Origin: Myxococcota bacterium
GTDB taxonomy: Bacteria; Myxococcota_A; UBA9160; SZUA-336
DNA: 64,000 bases
Assembly: GCA_965247115.1 (NCBI GenBank)
Contig: CBDFGR010000001.1
Span: forward strand, 46,651-110,650
Reading direction: 5' to 3'
Below, in pieces: positions 31,337 through 48,408 of the stretch. Position numbers and translations under genes: made by a program. Positions within the stretch are counted from its first letter, which is position 1. The number at the start of each line of letters is the position of its first letter. The notes under the pieces are model-generated. The model worked only from the letters and a program-made list of their open reading frames with translations, ran no database searches and was not told the origin of the DNA.

Positions 31337-31723
31337 ATGGGAAAAACGAAAAAAGTCAGAAAGCGCGTCAAAAAGAATATCCCTACCGGGGTGGCCCACG
31401 TCCAGGCGACGTTCAACAACACGATCGTCACCATCACGGACGTTGCGGGAAACACCATCGCGGCATCCTCCTCTGGCCAGGTGGGCTTCAAGGGGTCACG
31501 CAAATCGACGCCCTTCGCGGCACAGATCTGCGCCGAGCAGGTCGCGAAAAAGGCGATGGAGCACGGCGTCCGCCAGCTCGCCGTCATGGTGAAGGGTCCG
31601 GGATCTGGCCGTGAGTCCGCGGTGCGCGGTCTCCAGGCATCCGGGTTCCGGGTGACTTTCCTGCGCGACGTGACGCCGATCCCGCACAACGGTTGCCGGC
31701 CGCCGAAGCGGCGCCGGGGCTAG
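31337..31723 (+). CDS. rpsK: 30S ribosomal protein uS11
   Basis: [25 protein letters not shown]. Confidence 0.98.
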   Translation: MGKTKKVRKRVKKNIPTGVAHVQATFNNTIVTITDVAGNTIAASSSGQVGFKGSRKSTPFAAQICAEQVAKKAMEHGVRQLAVMVKGPGSGRESAVRGLQASGFRVTFLRDVTPIPHNGCRPPKRRRG

Positions 31724-31731
31724 GAGGGCGC

Positions 31732-32358
31732 GTGGCACGCTACCGAGGACCCGTTTGCCGGCTCTGTCGACGCGAGGGAATGAAGCTCTTCTTGAAGGGC
31801 GAGCGCTGCTTCAGTGACCGATGCTCGATCGAGCGCCGCAACTATCCTCCAGGACAACACGGCCAGTCGCGGCCGAAGTTCTCGGACTACGGCCTGCAGC
31901 TGCGCGAGAAGCAGAAGGTCCGGCGCATCTACGGCGTGCTGGAGGCCCAGTTCCGGAAGACCGTCAAGGAAGCCGAACGAATGCGAGGGGTAAAGGGCGA
32001 GAACCTGATGGCGCTCCTGGAGCGACGCCTCGACAACGTGCTGTACCGCGTCGGGTTCCTGACCTCGCGGAGCGAGGCGCGGCAGCTCGTGCGGCACGGT
32101 CACTTCACGGTCAACGGCCGTAAGGTGACGGTGCCATCGTACCGAGTGCGCAAGGGCGACGTGCTCGGGCTGACAGGGCGCGGCAAGAAGGCGGAGCGGA
32201 TTGCGAACGCCCTGGAGTCGCTCGAGGCCCGCACGATTCCGAGCTGGCTCGAGATCGACAAGGAGAATTTGCAGGGAAGCATCCTCTCGGATCCGGTCCG
32301 TGAGGAGCTGACGCTTCCCGTTCAAGAACAGCTCATCATCGAGCTCTACTCCCGTTAG
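31732..32358 (+). CDS. rpsD: 30S ribosomal protein uS4 (Cys-containing type)
   Basis: [21 protein letters not shown]; GTG start. Confidence 0.98.
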   Translation: MARYRGPVCRLCRREGMKLFLKGERCFSDRCSIERRNYPPGQHGQSRPKFSDYGLQLREKQKVRRIYGVLEAQFRKTVKEAERMRGVKGENLMALLERRLDNVLYRVGFLTSRSEARQLVRHGHFTVNGRKVTVPSYRVRKGDVLGLTGRGKKAERIANALESLEARTIPSWLEIDKENLQGSILSDPVREELTLPVQEQLIIELYSR

Positions 32359-32402
32359 CCGGTAGTGGCGAAGCGGACGCAAACGAAAACTGGAGGGCGT
32401 GT

Positions 32403-33422
<1,020 letters not shown>

Positions 33423-33428
33423 CGCAGA

Positions 33429-33815
33429 ATGCGGCACCGCAAGGACCATCGAAAGCTGGGGCGCAGCCCCTCGCATCGCAAGGCGATGTTGCGCAACCTC
33501 GTGACATCCCTGCTCGAGCTCGAGCAGGTACGCACGACGGAGGCGAAAGCCAAGGAGGTGCGTAGGGTTGCCGAGCGCATGATCACGCTCGGAAAGCGCG
33601 GCACCTTGCACGCGCGCCGCCGTGCCCTGCGAACCATCCGCAGCAAAGAGGTGGCCGGCAAGCTCTTCGATACGTTGTCCGAGCGGTACAGCGAGCGAGC
33701 CGGAGGCTACACACGAGTGATGAAGGTCGGACGCCGCGTGGGCGACAATGCCGAGATGGCGATCGTTCAGCTGATCCCGGAAGGCGAGTCGGCCCCGGAC
33801 GAATCGACGCGGTGA
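33429..33815 (+). CDS. rplQ: 50S ribosomal protein bL17
   Basis: MRHRK...[12 protein letters not shown]. Confidence 0.98.
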   Translation: MRHRKDHRKLGRSPSHRKAMLRNLVTSLLELEQVRTTEAKAKEVRRVAERMITLGKRGTLHARRRALRTIRSKEVAGKLFDTLSERYSERAGGYTRVMKVGRRVGDNAEMAIVQLIPEGESAPDESTR

Positions 33816-34351
33816 CCTCTCCGCGCGGACGAGTCGTCCCCCTGCTGGTGGCCGCCGCGCTGGTGGCCACGGCGGCGGGCGTCCTCGCTGGGTTTCGTGG
33901 TACGAGCGCGCCCCCGCTCCGGGTGGGGACGCCGGCTCCCAACTTCTCGCTGCCGTCTCTTACCGGTCCGGATCGCTCGCTGGTGGAGCTGCGAGGCCGG
34001 GTGGTGTTCGTCAACTTCTGGGCCACGTGGTGCGCCCCCTGCAAAGAGGAGGCACCGTCGCTCGATCGCCTGTACCGCAGCTTCCCGCGCGAGAGCTTCG
34101 AGATCCTGGCGGTCAGCATCGACGCTGAGGGACAGGACCGGGAGGTGAGCGAGTTCGGGGTCGACTACGGGCTCTCCTTTCCCATCCTGCTCGATCCCGA
34201 GCAACGCACCTACGGGGCGTACAAGGCGAGCGGGGTTCCGGAGACCTTCGTGATCGGGGTCGACGGACGGGTGATCGAGCGCTTCATCGGACCGCGGGAC
34301 TGGGACCAGCCGCGCTACGCGAGCGCCGTGCGGCGCCTCATCGATGGCTGA
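33812..34351 (+). CDS. membrane-anchored TlpA/ResA-like thiol-disulfide oxidoreductase
   Basis: N-terminal transmembrane segment, [19 protein letters not shown]. Confidence 0.9.
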   Translation: MTSPRGRVVPLLVAAALVATAAGVLAGFRGTSAPPLRVGTPAPNFSLPSLTGPDRSLVELRGRVVFVNFWATWCAPCKEEAPSLDRLYRSFPRESFEILAVSIDAEGQDREVSEFGVDYGLSFPILLDPEQRTYGAYKASGVPETFVIGVDGRVIERFIGPRDWDQPRYASAVRRLIDG

Positions 34352-34673
34352 CCGACGAGCGAAAGGCGCGAGACGGCGCTGGCTGCGCCGAGTGGCCCTG
34401 GCCCTTGGCCCCGTGCTCGCACTGAGCGGGGCTTCCGTCGCGCTGGTGCTCGACCGCGAGGACGGGTTACGGACGCTGATCGACCTGCGCCGCCAGGCTC
34501 GCGACGCCCACACGCGTGTCGATCGCTTGAGTGCCGAAAAGCAGCGCCTCTCCTCGCTCGTGAGCGGCCTGCGCTCGGACCCCGAGCAGGTGGAAGCCGC
34601 CGCGCGCAGCCGGCTAGGCATGCTGCGGCCAGGAGAGGTCGTCGTTCGCATGCCGAACACCGGCGGGCGTTGA
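34344..34673 (+). CDS. ftsB: septum formation initiator, FtsB/DivIC family
   Basis: transmembrane segment, coiled coil, EAAARSRLGMLRPGE motif. Confidence 0.75.
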   Translation: MADRRAKGARRRWLRRVALALGPVLALSGASVALVLDREDGLRTLIDLRRQARDAHTRVDRLSAEKQRLSSLVSGLRSDPEQVEAAARSRLGMLRPGEVVVRMPNTGGR

Positions 34674-34694
34674 GGCCGCCCGGGGACGCCGGCC

Positions 34695-36371
34695 GTGGAT
34701 CGTGAGGTGCGCGAACGGCTGCTGGAACGGGTCAGGGAGGCGGCGGCGAGCGTCGTTCGTGAGATCGACGCGACCTGCCTCGACCGGCTCGACTCGGTTC
34801 AGGTAGTTCCCAGCAAGGGCCCGGAGCACGGAGACTTCGCCAGCAACGCGGCGATGGTGCTCGCCAAGGCGCTTGCCAAACCCCCGCGCGAGATCGCGCA
34901 GCGGATCCAGCGAGTGCTCGGCGAATCCGACGCGCTCGTGGCCAAGACCGAGGTTGCTGGCCCCGGCTTCCTGAACTTCTTCCTCGTGCCCACGCACTGG
35001 AACGAGCTGCTCGTGCGCATTCTCGAGGACGCTCCGGCCTTCGGTCGCAGCGACGAGGGCCAGGGGCAACGCGTGATGGTGGAGTTCGTCTCGGCCAATC
35101 CCACGGGACCTCTCACGATCGGGCACGGACGCAATGCAGTGCTCGGAGACTGCATAGCGAACCTGTTGGAGGCGACCGGGTACGAGGTCGTGCGCGAGTA
35201 CTATTTCAACGATGGCGGTCGCCAGATGCGTGTGCTCGCGCAGTCCCTCCGGGCTCGGTACGAGCAAGAGCTCGGCCTGGAAGCAGAGCTGCCAGAGGAG
35301 GGCTACCAGGGCGACTATCTGGTCGACGTGGCGAGACAGCTCGCCCGTGAAGAGGGGCGGGGCTGGCTCGAGAGCGACGAGAAGTGCTTCCGGGAGCGCG
35401 CGCAGGCGGCCATGTTCGAGGACATCGGTCGAACCCTCGACCGGCTCGGCATCCACTTCGACAAGTACACGAACGAGCAGTCCCTGTATGACGAGGGGCG
35501 CGTCGAGTTGGCGCTCGAGGACCTCGGGGCGACAAACCTCGTCTTCGAGAGCGACGGGGCCGTCTGGCTGCGCTCGACCAGCCTCGAGCTCCCGCGGGAC
35601 CGGGTGCTGGTGAAGTCGACCGAGGAGCCCACGTACCTGCTGCCCGACATCGCCTACCACCGCGAGAGCTTGCGCCGCGGCTACGCGGCGATCATCGATG
35701 TGCTCGGCCCGGATCACATCGAGCAGTTCCCCTACGTGCGCGCCGCGATCTCCGCTCTCGGTGAGGACGCGGACAGGATCGAGGCGGTCATCTACCAGTG
35801 GGTCAACCTGCGGCGCGGTGGGGAGCTCGTGAAGATGTCGACGCGCAAGGCGTCCTTCGTGACCGTCGACGAGCTGCTCGACGACGTGGGCTCCGATGTG
35901 TTCCGGTACTTCATGATCGAGCGTCGCGGTGAGACGCATTTCGACTTTGACGTGGAGCTCGGACGCGAGCGCTCGGAGCGCAACCCCGTCTACAAGATCC
36001 AGTATGCGCACGCTCGCCTGTGCAGCATCCTGCGCCTCGCCCCCGAGCGAGGACTCGAGCTCGGGACCCCAGAGCAGATCGACTGGCAGCGCCTCGAGGC
36101 GCCCGCGGAGCTGGAGCTCTGCAAGCTGCTGGATCGCTTCCCCGAGCTCGTCGCGCACGCGGCAAAAGCCAGGGAGCCCATGGAGGTCGCACGCTACCTG
36201 CTCGACCTGGCGACCGCCTTCCACAGCTACGTCTCGGATGGCGTGCGTCACCGTGTGCTGTCCGATGACCGCGAGCTGTCCATGGCCCGCCTCGGTCTGG
36301 TGCGCGCGATCCGCAGCACGCTGGCGAACGGACTGGGCCTGCTCGGCATCGAGGCGCCGGAGCGGATGTGA
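34695..36371 (+). CDS. argS: arginyl-tRNA synthetase
   Basis: EFVSANPTGPLTIGH, KMSTR, QYAHAR, C-terminal APERM. Confidence 0.97.
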   Translation: MDREVRERLLERVREAAASVVREIDATCLDRLDSVQVVPSKGPEHGDFASNAAMVLAKALAKPPREIAQRIQRVLGESDALVAKTEVAGPGFLNFFLVPTHWNELLVRILEDAPAFGRSDEGQGQRVMVEFVSANPTGPLTIGHGRNAVLGDCIANLLEATGYEVVREYYFNDGGRQMRVLAQSLRARYEQELGLEAELPEEGYQGDYLVDVARQLAREEGRGWLESDEKCFRERAQAAMFEDIGRTLDRLGIHFDKYTNEQSLYDEGRVELALEDLGATNLVFESDGAVWLRSTSLELPRDRVLVKSTEEPTYLLPDIAYHRESLRRGYAAIIDVLGPDHIEQFPYVRAAISALGEDADRIEAVIYQWVNLRRGGELVKMSTRKASFVTVDELLDDVGSDVFRYFMIERRGETHFDFDVELGRERSERNPVYKIQYAHARLCSILRLAPERGLELGTPEQIDWQRLEAPAELELCKLLDRFPELVAHAAKAREPMEVARYLLDLATAFHSYVSDGVRHRVLSDDRELSMARLGLVRAIRSTLANGLGLLGIEAPERM

Positions 36372-36868
36372 GGATCTTGACCGCCACTCTCCTGCTTGCC
36401 GTCGGCGGGGGCGCAGGGCTCGTGCTGGGCTCGCTGCTCGAAGCTCCCCGGCTACTGCTCCAGAGCTGGCTCGGACCCGTGGTACGTGTCGAGCTTCAGG
36501 GCGCCGCCCCGGGCCCGACCACCGAGGTTCTCCTGACGGAGTTCAACGCCATTCAGCACGCGCCGCTCCCAGCTGTCGCCGCGGCGCCTGTGTCCGAGAC
36601 GACGCCTGTGTCCGAGACGGCCGAGACAATTGGGCCCCGCGAGTCGGGGCCCGTCGTACAGGTGCGGGCGTACCGCGAACGCAGCGAGGCCGAGCGCTTG
36701 GTCGGGGAGCTCCGCGCGCGGGGCTTTCAGGCGTTCATCAGCCGGACCCGAGGGGATGCGGGTACGCGCTCCCGCGTTCGTGTCGCACCGCTTGACGGAG
36801 AGCCGATCTCCCGGCTGAGCGAGCGGCTCTCCGCCCTCGGCTACGAGACCTGGACGACGATCGAGTGA
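36368..36868 (+). CDS. SPOR-domain cell-envelope protein
   Basis: N-terminal transmembrane segment, VVQVRAY...RVRV SPOR-like C-terminus; argS-SPOR synteny. Confidence 0.7.
   Translation: MRILTATLLLAVGGGAGLVLGSLLEAPRLLLQSWLGPVVRVELQGAAPGPTTEVLLTEFNAIQHAPLPAVAAAPVSETTPVSETAETIGPRESGPVVQVRAYRERSEAERLVGELRARGFQAFISRTRGDAGTRSRVRVAPLDGEPISRLSERLSALGYETWTTIE
36585..36620 (+). repeat. in-frame 18-nt tandem duplication (PVSETT/PVSETA)
   Basis: CGCCTGTGTCCGAGACGA followed by CGCCTGTGTCCGAGACGG. Confidence 0.85.
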
Positions 36869-37723
36869 GCAGCTGGCTGCTGACCGGCGCGAACGGACAG
36901 CTCGGGCGCTCTGTCATGGAGCGTGCATCCGAGCTTGGCGTAGACGTGCGCCCCTACGCGCACGCGGAGCTCGACGTGACGGATGCCGAAGCCGTAGCCT
37001 CTGCTATCGAGGAGGCGCGGCCCGGCGTGGTGCTGAACTGCGCCGCATTCACGAACGTGGACCTCTGCGAGGAGCGGGTCGAGGAGGCGCAGCGGGTGAA
37101 CGAGCTCGCTCCCGGAGTGCTGGCCAACGCGTGCAAGGGCGGGCCACTTCTGGTTCACGTGAGCACGGACTACGTCTTCGACGGCGCGTCGCCGTGTCAC
37201 CTGACGGAGGACGCCCCCACGAGGCCACTCGGTGTCTACGGGCGCACGAAGCTCGGAGGCGAGCGCGCCGTGCGCAGGTCGGGGGCCGATCACCTGATCG
37301 TGCGCAGCCAGTGGCTCTTCGGGCCGGGACCGAACTTCGTGCGCACCATTCTGGCGCGTGCGATCGAGGGCGTGGCGCTGCGGGTGGTCGACGACCAGAT
37401 CGGACGGCCGACCTGGACCGGCTCGCTTGCGGCCGCGATCTTCCAGGCTGTTGAGCTCGGAGCGCGGGGCGACCTGCACCTCGCCTCGGAGGGTGTCGCC
37501 AGCTGGTACGATTTCGCTCGAGAAGCCATCATCGAAGCTGCGCGTAGAGGGCTGGTTCGACCGGTCGCCGTCGAGCCGATCCCCACCCGAGAGATGCCGC
37601 GCCCGGCCGCGCGCCCCGCGCACGCCGTGCTCGGCCTCGAGCGCGCCAGGAGACTGGGCGTCGCGCTGCCGCACTGGCGCCAGGCGCTGGTCGGGTATCT
37701 GGAGCGGGAGGCGGGAGGCGAAG

Positions 37724-37731
<8 letters not shown>
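36865..37731 (+). CDS. rfbD: dTDP-4-dehydrorhamnose reductase
   Basis: [25 protein letters not shown]. Confidence 0.93.
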
Positions 37732-38665
<934 letters not shown>

Positions 38666-38668
38666 CGC

Positions 38669-40483
38669 GTGCGAGAGTTTCAACAGAGCCAGATCCGCAA
38701 CTTTGCCATCATCGCCCACATCGATCACGGCAAGTCCACGCTCGCGGATCGTCTGCTCGAGGCCACGGGGACGCTCTCCGAGCGGGAGAGGGTCGACCAA
38801 TTCCTGGACAAGATGGAGCTGGAGCGAGAGCGCGGCATCACCATCAAGGCGCAGACGGCTCAGATGCGCTATTGCGCGAGGGATGGCGAGGAGTACCTGC
38901 TCAACCTGATCGATACGCCGGGCCACGTCGACTTCCAGTACGAGGTGTCGCGCTCCCTCGAGGCTTGTGAGGGGGTGCTCCTGGTCGTCGACGCGGCGCA
39001 GGGAGTGGAGGCTCAGACCGTCGCCAACGCGGAGGTGGCGATCCTAGCGGGACTCGAGCTCATCCCCGTGATCAACAAGACCGACCTCCCGAACGCCGAT
39101 CCCGAGCGGATCCTGCGCGAGATCGAGGAGATCGTGGGCATCCCGACTGCTGACGCCCTCTGCATCTCCGCCAAGACGGGAGCCGGGATCGACCTTGTGC
39201 TCGAGGCGATCACGGCCCGCGTTCCCGAGCCTTCGGGAGACCCCGATGGTCCGCTCAGAGCGTTGATCTTCGACAGCTGGTACGACTCCTATCTCGGCGC
39301 GACGATGCTCGTGCGTGTGGTGGACGGCCAGCTCGAGCGGGGAGTCAGGCTGCGAATGCTCGCGACCGGCGCGGAGCACGACGCGGGCTTTGTGGGCGAG
39401 CTCGTTCCGGACGTCCACGCGGTCGAGCGGGTTGGCTGCGGACAGGTGGCGGTGCTGGCCGCCAGCATCCGCGATCCGAAGGCGGTACAGATCGGAGACA
39501 CCCTCACCGAGGCGGCGCGTCCGGCCGCCGAGCCTCTTCCGGGTTTCCAGCCGATGCAGCCCATGGTCTGGAGCGGGCTCTACCCTGCGGATCCGGCCCA
39601 CTACGATGCCCTGCGCGCGGCGATTGCGAAGCTGCAGCTGAACGACTCCTCGTTCTCCGCCGAGCCGGAGACCAGCGAGGCGCTCGGCTTCGGCTTCCGC
39701 TGTGGCTACCTCGGCCTGCTGCACATGGAGATCGCCCAGGAGCGGCTCGAGCGCGAGTACGGGCTCGACCTGATCATCACCGCGCCCACGGTCGTCTATC
39801 GGGTCGTGAAGAGCGACGGTGCGGAGATCGAGATTCACCGACCCAGCGACCTGCCCCCTGCCGGCGAGATCCGCGAGATCCTCGAGCCCCGGATCCTGGC
39901 GCAGATTCACGTGCCTGCCGAGTACCTCGGCGCCGTGCTGGCCCTGTGCCAGGCCCGTCGCGGCGTCCAGCAGGAGCTCGTGGTCCACGGCGACAATCGG
40001 GCCGTCGTGCGCTACGAGCTGCCCCTGGCGGAGGTGGCGGTCGACTTCTACGATCGGCTCAAGAGCTCGACGCGGGGCTACGCGTCCATGGGCTACGACC
40101 TGAGCGGCTTCGAGCCCGAGAGCCTGACCAAGGTCGACGTGGTCGTGAACGGCGACCGGGTCGACGCGCTCTCGATCATCGTGCACCGCGACTCCGCCTA
40201 CCGACGTGGGCTTGCTCTGATCCGAAGGATGAAGGAGCACATCCCGCGGCAGATGTTCGAGGTGGCGATCCAGGCGGCGCTGGGCACGAAGGTCATCGCG
40301 CGTGTCACCGTCAAGGCGCTGCGCAAGAACGTGACCGCGAAGTGCTACGGCGGCGACATCACGCGGAAGAAGAAGCTGCTCGAGAAGCAGCGCGAGGGAA
40401 AGCGGCGGATGAAGCGCATCGGCAACGTGGAGATCCCGCAGGCCGCGTTCCTCGCGGTCCTGTCCAGCGACGAGGGGGGATAG
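38669..40483 (+). CDS. lepA: elongation factor 4 (LepA)
   Basis: IAHIDHGKSTLADR, KCYGGDITRKKKLL. Confidence 0.98.
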   Translation: MREFQQSQIRNFAIIAHIDHGKSTLADRLLEATGTLSERERVDQFLDKMELERERGITIKAQTAQMRYCARDGEEYLLNLIDTPGHVDFQYEVSRSLEACEGVLLVVDAAQGVEAQTVANAEVAILAGLELIPVINKTDLPNADPERILREIEEIVGIPTADALCISAKTGAGIDLVLEAITARVPEPSGDPDGPLRALIFDSWYDSYLGATMLVRVVDGQLERGVRLRMLATGAEHDAGFVGELVPDVHAVERVGCGQVAVLAASIRDPKAVQIGDTLTEAARPAAEPLPGFQPMQPMVWSGLYPADPAHYDALRAAIAKLQLNDSSFSAEPETSEALGFGFRCGYLGLLHMEIAQERLEREYGLDLIITAPTVVYRVVKSDGAEIEIHRPSDLPPAGEIREILEPRILAQIHVPAEYLGAVLALCQARRGVQQELVVHGDNRAVVRYELPLAEVAVDFYDRLKSSTRGYASMGYDLSGFEPESLTKVDVVVNGDRVDALSIIVHRDSAYRRGLALIRRMKEHIPRQMFEVAIQAALGTKVIARVTVKALRKNVTAKCYGGDITRKKKLLEKQREGKRRMKRIGNVEIPQAAFLAVLSSDEGG

Positions 40484-40508
40484 GGCTATAATGCGAGAGG
40501 AGTCGGGT

Positions 40509-41297
40509 ATGTCGACGGAGGCGAAGACGGAGACGAGGGAGCGCGGCTCTTTCGAGACCGTGCGCGCCGTACTGGTCGCCGCCCTGATCGCTCTGTTCAT
40601 CCGCTCCTTTGTTGTCGAGCCTTTCAAGATCCCCTCAGGCTCCATGATTCCGACGCTGCTAGTCGGCGACTACGTGCTCGTCAACAAGTTCTCGTACGGC
40701 GTGCGGCTGCCTTTCACAGGGACCCTGCTGTTCGGGAAGTCCAGGCCCGAGCGCGGAGACGTGATGGTGTTCCGCTATCCCGACGATCCGAGCCAGGACT
40801 TCATCAAGCGGGTCGTCGGGGTCTCCGGTGACCGCATCGCGGTGCGCGACGGGCGGCTCTGGCTGAACGGCCAGCCCGTAGATCGCATGCCGGACGGCGA
40901 GTTCGTATATCGCGATGTGACGAACCAGCGCGAGATCCGGACCAAGCGCTTCATCGAGCGGACCGAAGAGGTGGACTACACGATCATCCACTCGCGCCCT
41001 GGCGCGAGCCGACGCAACGGTCCATGGGTCGTCCCCGAGAACAAGTACTTCGTGATGGGCGACAACCGGGACAACTCCCAGGACAGCCGGCTCTGGCGTG
41101 AGCCCTTCGTCTCCGAGGAGCAGATCAAGGGGCGCGCCTTCATGATCCACTGGTCCTGGGTCGTCTCGTACGGCTCCGCGCGGAACCGCAGCTTCATAGC
41201 AGACCTGCTGCATACCTTGTGGAGGGTGGTGACGCTGCAGGTGGAGAAAATTCGCTGGAATCGAGTTGGTCGCTCGCTCGGCGGTCGCGCGGATTGA
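40509..41297 (+). CDS. lepB: signal peptidase I
   Basis: PFKIPSGSMIPTL, FIKR, GDNRDNSQDSR; ATG at 40509 follows GAGGAG (alternative start 40491). Confidence 0.96.
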   Translation: MSTEAKTETRERGSFETVRAVLVAALIALFIRSFVVEPFKIPSGSMIPTLLVGDYVLVNKFSYGVRLPFTGTLLFGKSRPERGDVMVFRYPDDPSQDFIKRVVGVSGDRIAVRDGRLWLNGQPVDRMPDGEFVYRDVTNQREIRTKRFIERTEEVDYTIIHSRPGASRRNGPWVVPENKYFVMGDNRDNSQDSRLWREPFVSEEQIKGRAFMIHWSWVVSYGSARNRSFIADLLHTLWRVVTLQVEKIRWNRVGRSLGGRAD

Positions 41298-41322
41298 CGG
41301 GGACCGGCGCGTCCGATAGGTT
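41294..41322 (+). promoter_or_regulatory. putative sigma70 promoter of the pyr operon
   Basis: TTGACG-N17-TAGGTT. Confidence 0.6.
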
Positions 41323-41329
41323 CCGGTCG

Positions 41330-41363
41330 CTCTTTTAATCCCATCCGGAGAGGTGGGGAAAGG
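41330..41363 (+). promoter_or_regulatory. PyrR-binding RNA element
   Basis: CTTTTAA...ATCCGGAGAGGT...AAAGG resembles the PyrR binding-loop consensus (CUUUAA / ARUCCNGNGAGGYU); lies just upstream of pyrR. Confidence 0.8.
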
Positions 41364-41369
41364 CACTCG

Positions 41370-41909
41370 ATGAGCGAGGCCAGGGCCGACTCCGCTCGCG
41401 TCGTGCTCGACGCGCCAGGGATACAGCGCGCCGCCACCCGAATCGCGCACGAGATCGTAGAGAAGAACGGTGGCACCGAGGCTCTCGTTCTGGTTGCCAT
41501 CGTCAAGGGCGGCCGCCCCATCGCCGAGCTGATTCGCGATCGTCTGCGCGAGATCGATGGCAGCGACGTGCCCCTGGGCACCCTCGACGTCACGCTGTAC
41601 CGCGATGACGTGATCGGTCACGGCCGCCGTCCGGTCCCGAACCCGACGCGGATGCCCGTCGCGATCGGCGGTAAGCGCATCGTGCTCGTCGACGACGTGA
41701 TTTTCACGGGCCGGACCGTGCGCGCCGCCATGGACGCGGTCATCGACTTCGGGCGGCCGGACGCAATCCAGGTGGCCACGCTGGTCGATCGCGGTCACCG
41801 GGAGCTCCCGATCCGTGTGGACTTCGTGGGCAAGAACATCCCGACTTCCCGCTCGGACAAGGTCGTCCTGCAACGCAACCCTGAAGGAGAGCTCGAGGTG
41901 GTCGTATGA
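41370..41909 (+). CDS. pyrR: pyrimidine operon regulator / uracil phosphoribosyltransferase PyrR
   Basis: [30 protein letters not shown]. Confidence 0.96.
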   Translation: MSEARADSARVVLDAPGIQRAATRIAHEIVEKNGGTEALVLVAIVKGGRPIAELIRDRLREIDGSDVPLGTLDVTLYRDDVIGHGRRPVPNPTRMPVAIGGKRIVLVDDVIFTGRTVRAAMDAVIDFGRPDAIQVATLVDRGHRELPIRVDFVGKNIPTSRSDKVVLQRNPEGELEVVV

Positions 41910-42817
41910 GAGGCCTGCTGGGAATCGAGAGCCTCACGCGCCAGGAGATCGAGCGCATCCTCGATACGAGCGAGGCAATGCTTGAGGTCTCTCAGCGCGA
42001 GATCAAGCGCGTGCCGACGCTGCGCGGCAGGACGGTGATCAACCTCTTCCTCGAGCCCTCGACGCGAACGCGCGTGAGCTTCGAGATCGCGGCCAAACGA
42101 CTCTCGGCTGACGCCATCAACGTCTCGTCCTCTGGCTCGAGCCTGTCGAAGTCTGAAACCCTCGCAGACATGGGCCGCAACCTGGCCGCCATGAACGCCG
42201 ATCTGCTCGTGGTCAGGGATCGGGCGGCGGGCGTACCCAAGATGCTCGCGGACCGCCTCAACCTGCCGGTCATCAACGCGGGCGACGGTTGTCACGAGCA
42301 CCCCACGCAGGCGTTGCTCGACGTGTTCACGGTGCGCCAGTCGCTGGGCACGCTGGACGGACGCGTCGTGGCTATCGTGGGCGACATCTCGCATAGCCGC
42401 GTTGCTCGCTCCGATATCTACGCCTTCACGAAGCTCGGCGCGGAGGTGCGGGTCGCCGGCCCGCCCACGATGATGCCCGCCGGCGTCGAGCTGCTCGGCG
42501 TGAAGCCGTGCTACTCGATGGAGGAGGCTCTAGACGGTGCCGATGTGATCGTCATGCTGCGGATCCAGCGCGAGCGGCTCGAGCGAGCTCTCTTCCCATC
42601 GGTTCGTGAGTACTCCCAGACCTTCGGGCTCAACCTGCGCACACTGGCCCTGGCCAAGCCCGATGCGATCGTGCTCCACCCCGGGCCGATCAACCGGGGA
42701 GTGGAGATCGCGAGCGAGGTCGCAGATTCGGAGCCCTCGCGCATCCTCGATCAGGTCACGAACGGGGTCGCGGTCCGCATGGCCGCGCTCTATCTGCTGA
42801 CGGGAGATGGGGAGTGA
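41906..42817 (+). CDS. pyrB: aspartate carbamoyltransferase
   Basis: [28 protein letters not shown]. Confidence 0.97.
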   Translation: MRGLLGIESLTRQEIERILDTSEAMLEVSQREIKRVPTLRGRTVINLFLEPSTRTRVSFEIAAKRLSADAINVSSSGSSLSKSETLADMGRNLAAMNADLLVVRDRAAGVPKMLADRLNLPVINAGDGCHEHPTQALLDVFTVRQSLGTLDGRVVAIVGDISHSRVARSDIYAFTKLGAEVRVAGPPTMMPAGVELLGVKPCYSMEEALDGADVIVMLRIQRERLERALFPSVREYSQTFGLNLRTLALAKPDAIVLHPGPINRGVEIASEVADSEPSRILDQVTNGVAVRMAALYLLTGDGE

Positions 42818-44090
42818 GGACACGAATCCGGGGAGTCCGAATCCTGGATCCGTCGAGCGGGCGCGACGAGCTCGGCGAGCTCGACGTGGACGGGGGTCGG
42901 ATCGCGGAGCCTGTCGCGCACCAGACGCCCGACGAGGTCGTCGAGGGCGACGGCCTCTGGCTGGCGCCCGGGTTCGTCGATCTGCATACGCATCTACGCG
43001 AGCCCGGTCAGGAGTACAAGGAGGACATCGCGACGGGTACCCGTGCCGCAGCGGCCGGCGGCTTCACCGCGGTCTGCGCCATGGCGAACACGGATCCCGT
43101 GAACGACAGCCCTGCGGTGACCGAGTTCATCCAGCGCAGGGCCCGGGATACCGCCGCGGTGCGCGTGAACGTGATTGCAGCGGCCACCCAGCAGCTGCGC
43201 GGCGAGATCATGTCCGAGATGGCGGGCCTCGCGGCGGCGGGTGCGGTGGCGTTCTCCGACGACGGGGCCGTGATCATGAACGCGGGCGTGATGCGCCGCG
43301 TGCTCGAGTACGCCAGGGGCGTCGGCCGTCCGGTCATCGCGCACTGCGAGGATCTGGAGCTGCGCGGACCGGGCGTGGTCCACGAGGGCGCGCACGCGAC
43401 CTGTTGCGGTCTGTCGGGCTCCCCCGCCGAGGCCGAGACCGTGATGGTCGCCCGCGACATCGAGCTCGCTCGTCTCACGGGAGCCCACCTGCACGTCGCG
43501 CACGTTTCGGCCGGGCGATCGGTCGAGCTCATCCGTGAGGCCAAGGCCGCGGGCGTCCGCGTCACCGCAGAGGTGACGCCGCACCATCTCTCGCTCTCCG
43601 ACGAGGTGATCCGCGACTACGACACGAACACGAAGATGGCCCCGCCGCTTCGGACGGCACGTGACCGCGAGGCACTGCGGGAGGGGCTGGCGGATGGCAC
43701 GCTCGATTGCGTGGCCACGGATCACGCCCCCCACGCCAGCTACGAGAAAGACGTCGAGTACGGCGAGGCGGCCTTCGGAGTCGTGGGCCTCGAGACGGCT
43801 CTCCCCTGTGTGCTCGAGCTCGTACGCGAGGGAAGGCTCTCCCCGCTCGCTGCGGTGGCCCGACTCTCCACGCAGCCGGCCCGGGTGCTGGGCCTGCGCG
43901 GCGGAACCCTGGAGGTCGGAAGCCCCGCGGACCTGGTGCTCGTGGATCCGGATCAGGTCTGGAAGCTCGAGAGGCGCGACCTGCACTCGCGCTCACACAA
44001 CTCCGCCTTCCTCGGCCGCGAGCTACGCGGGCGCGCGGTCCTCACCTGGGTGGGTGGACGCACGGTGTACGCCCTGGACGGGGCTGCGGA

Positions 44091-44094
<4 letters not shown>
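42814..44094 (+). CDS. pyrC: dihydroorotase
   Basis: [23 protein letters not shown]. Confidence 0.95.
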
Positions 44095-48399
<4,305 letters not shown>

Positions 48400-48408
48400 G
48401 GCGCGGCG

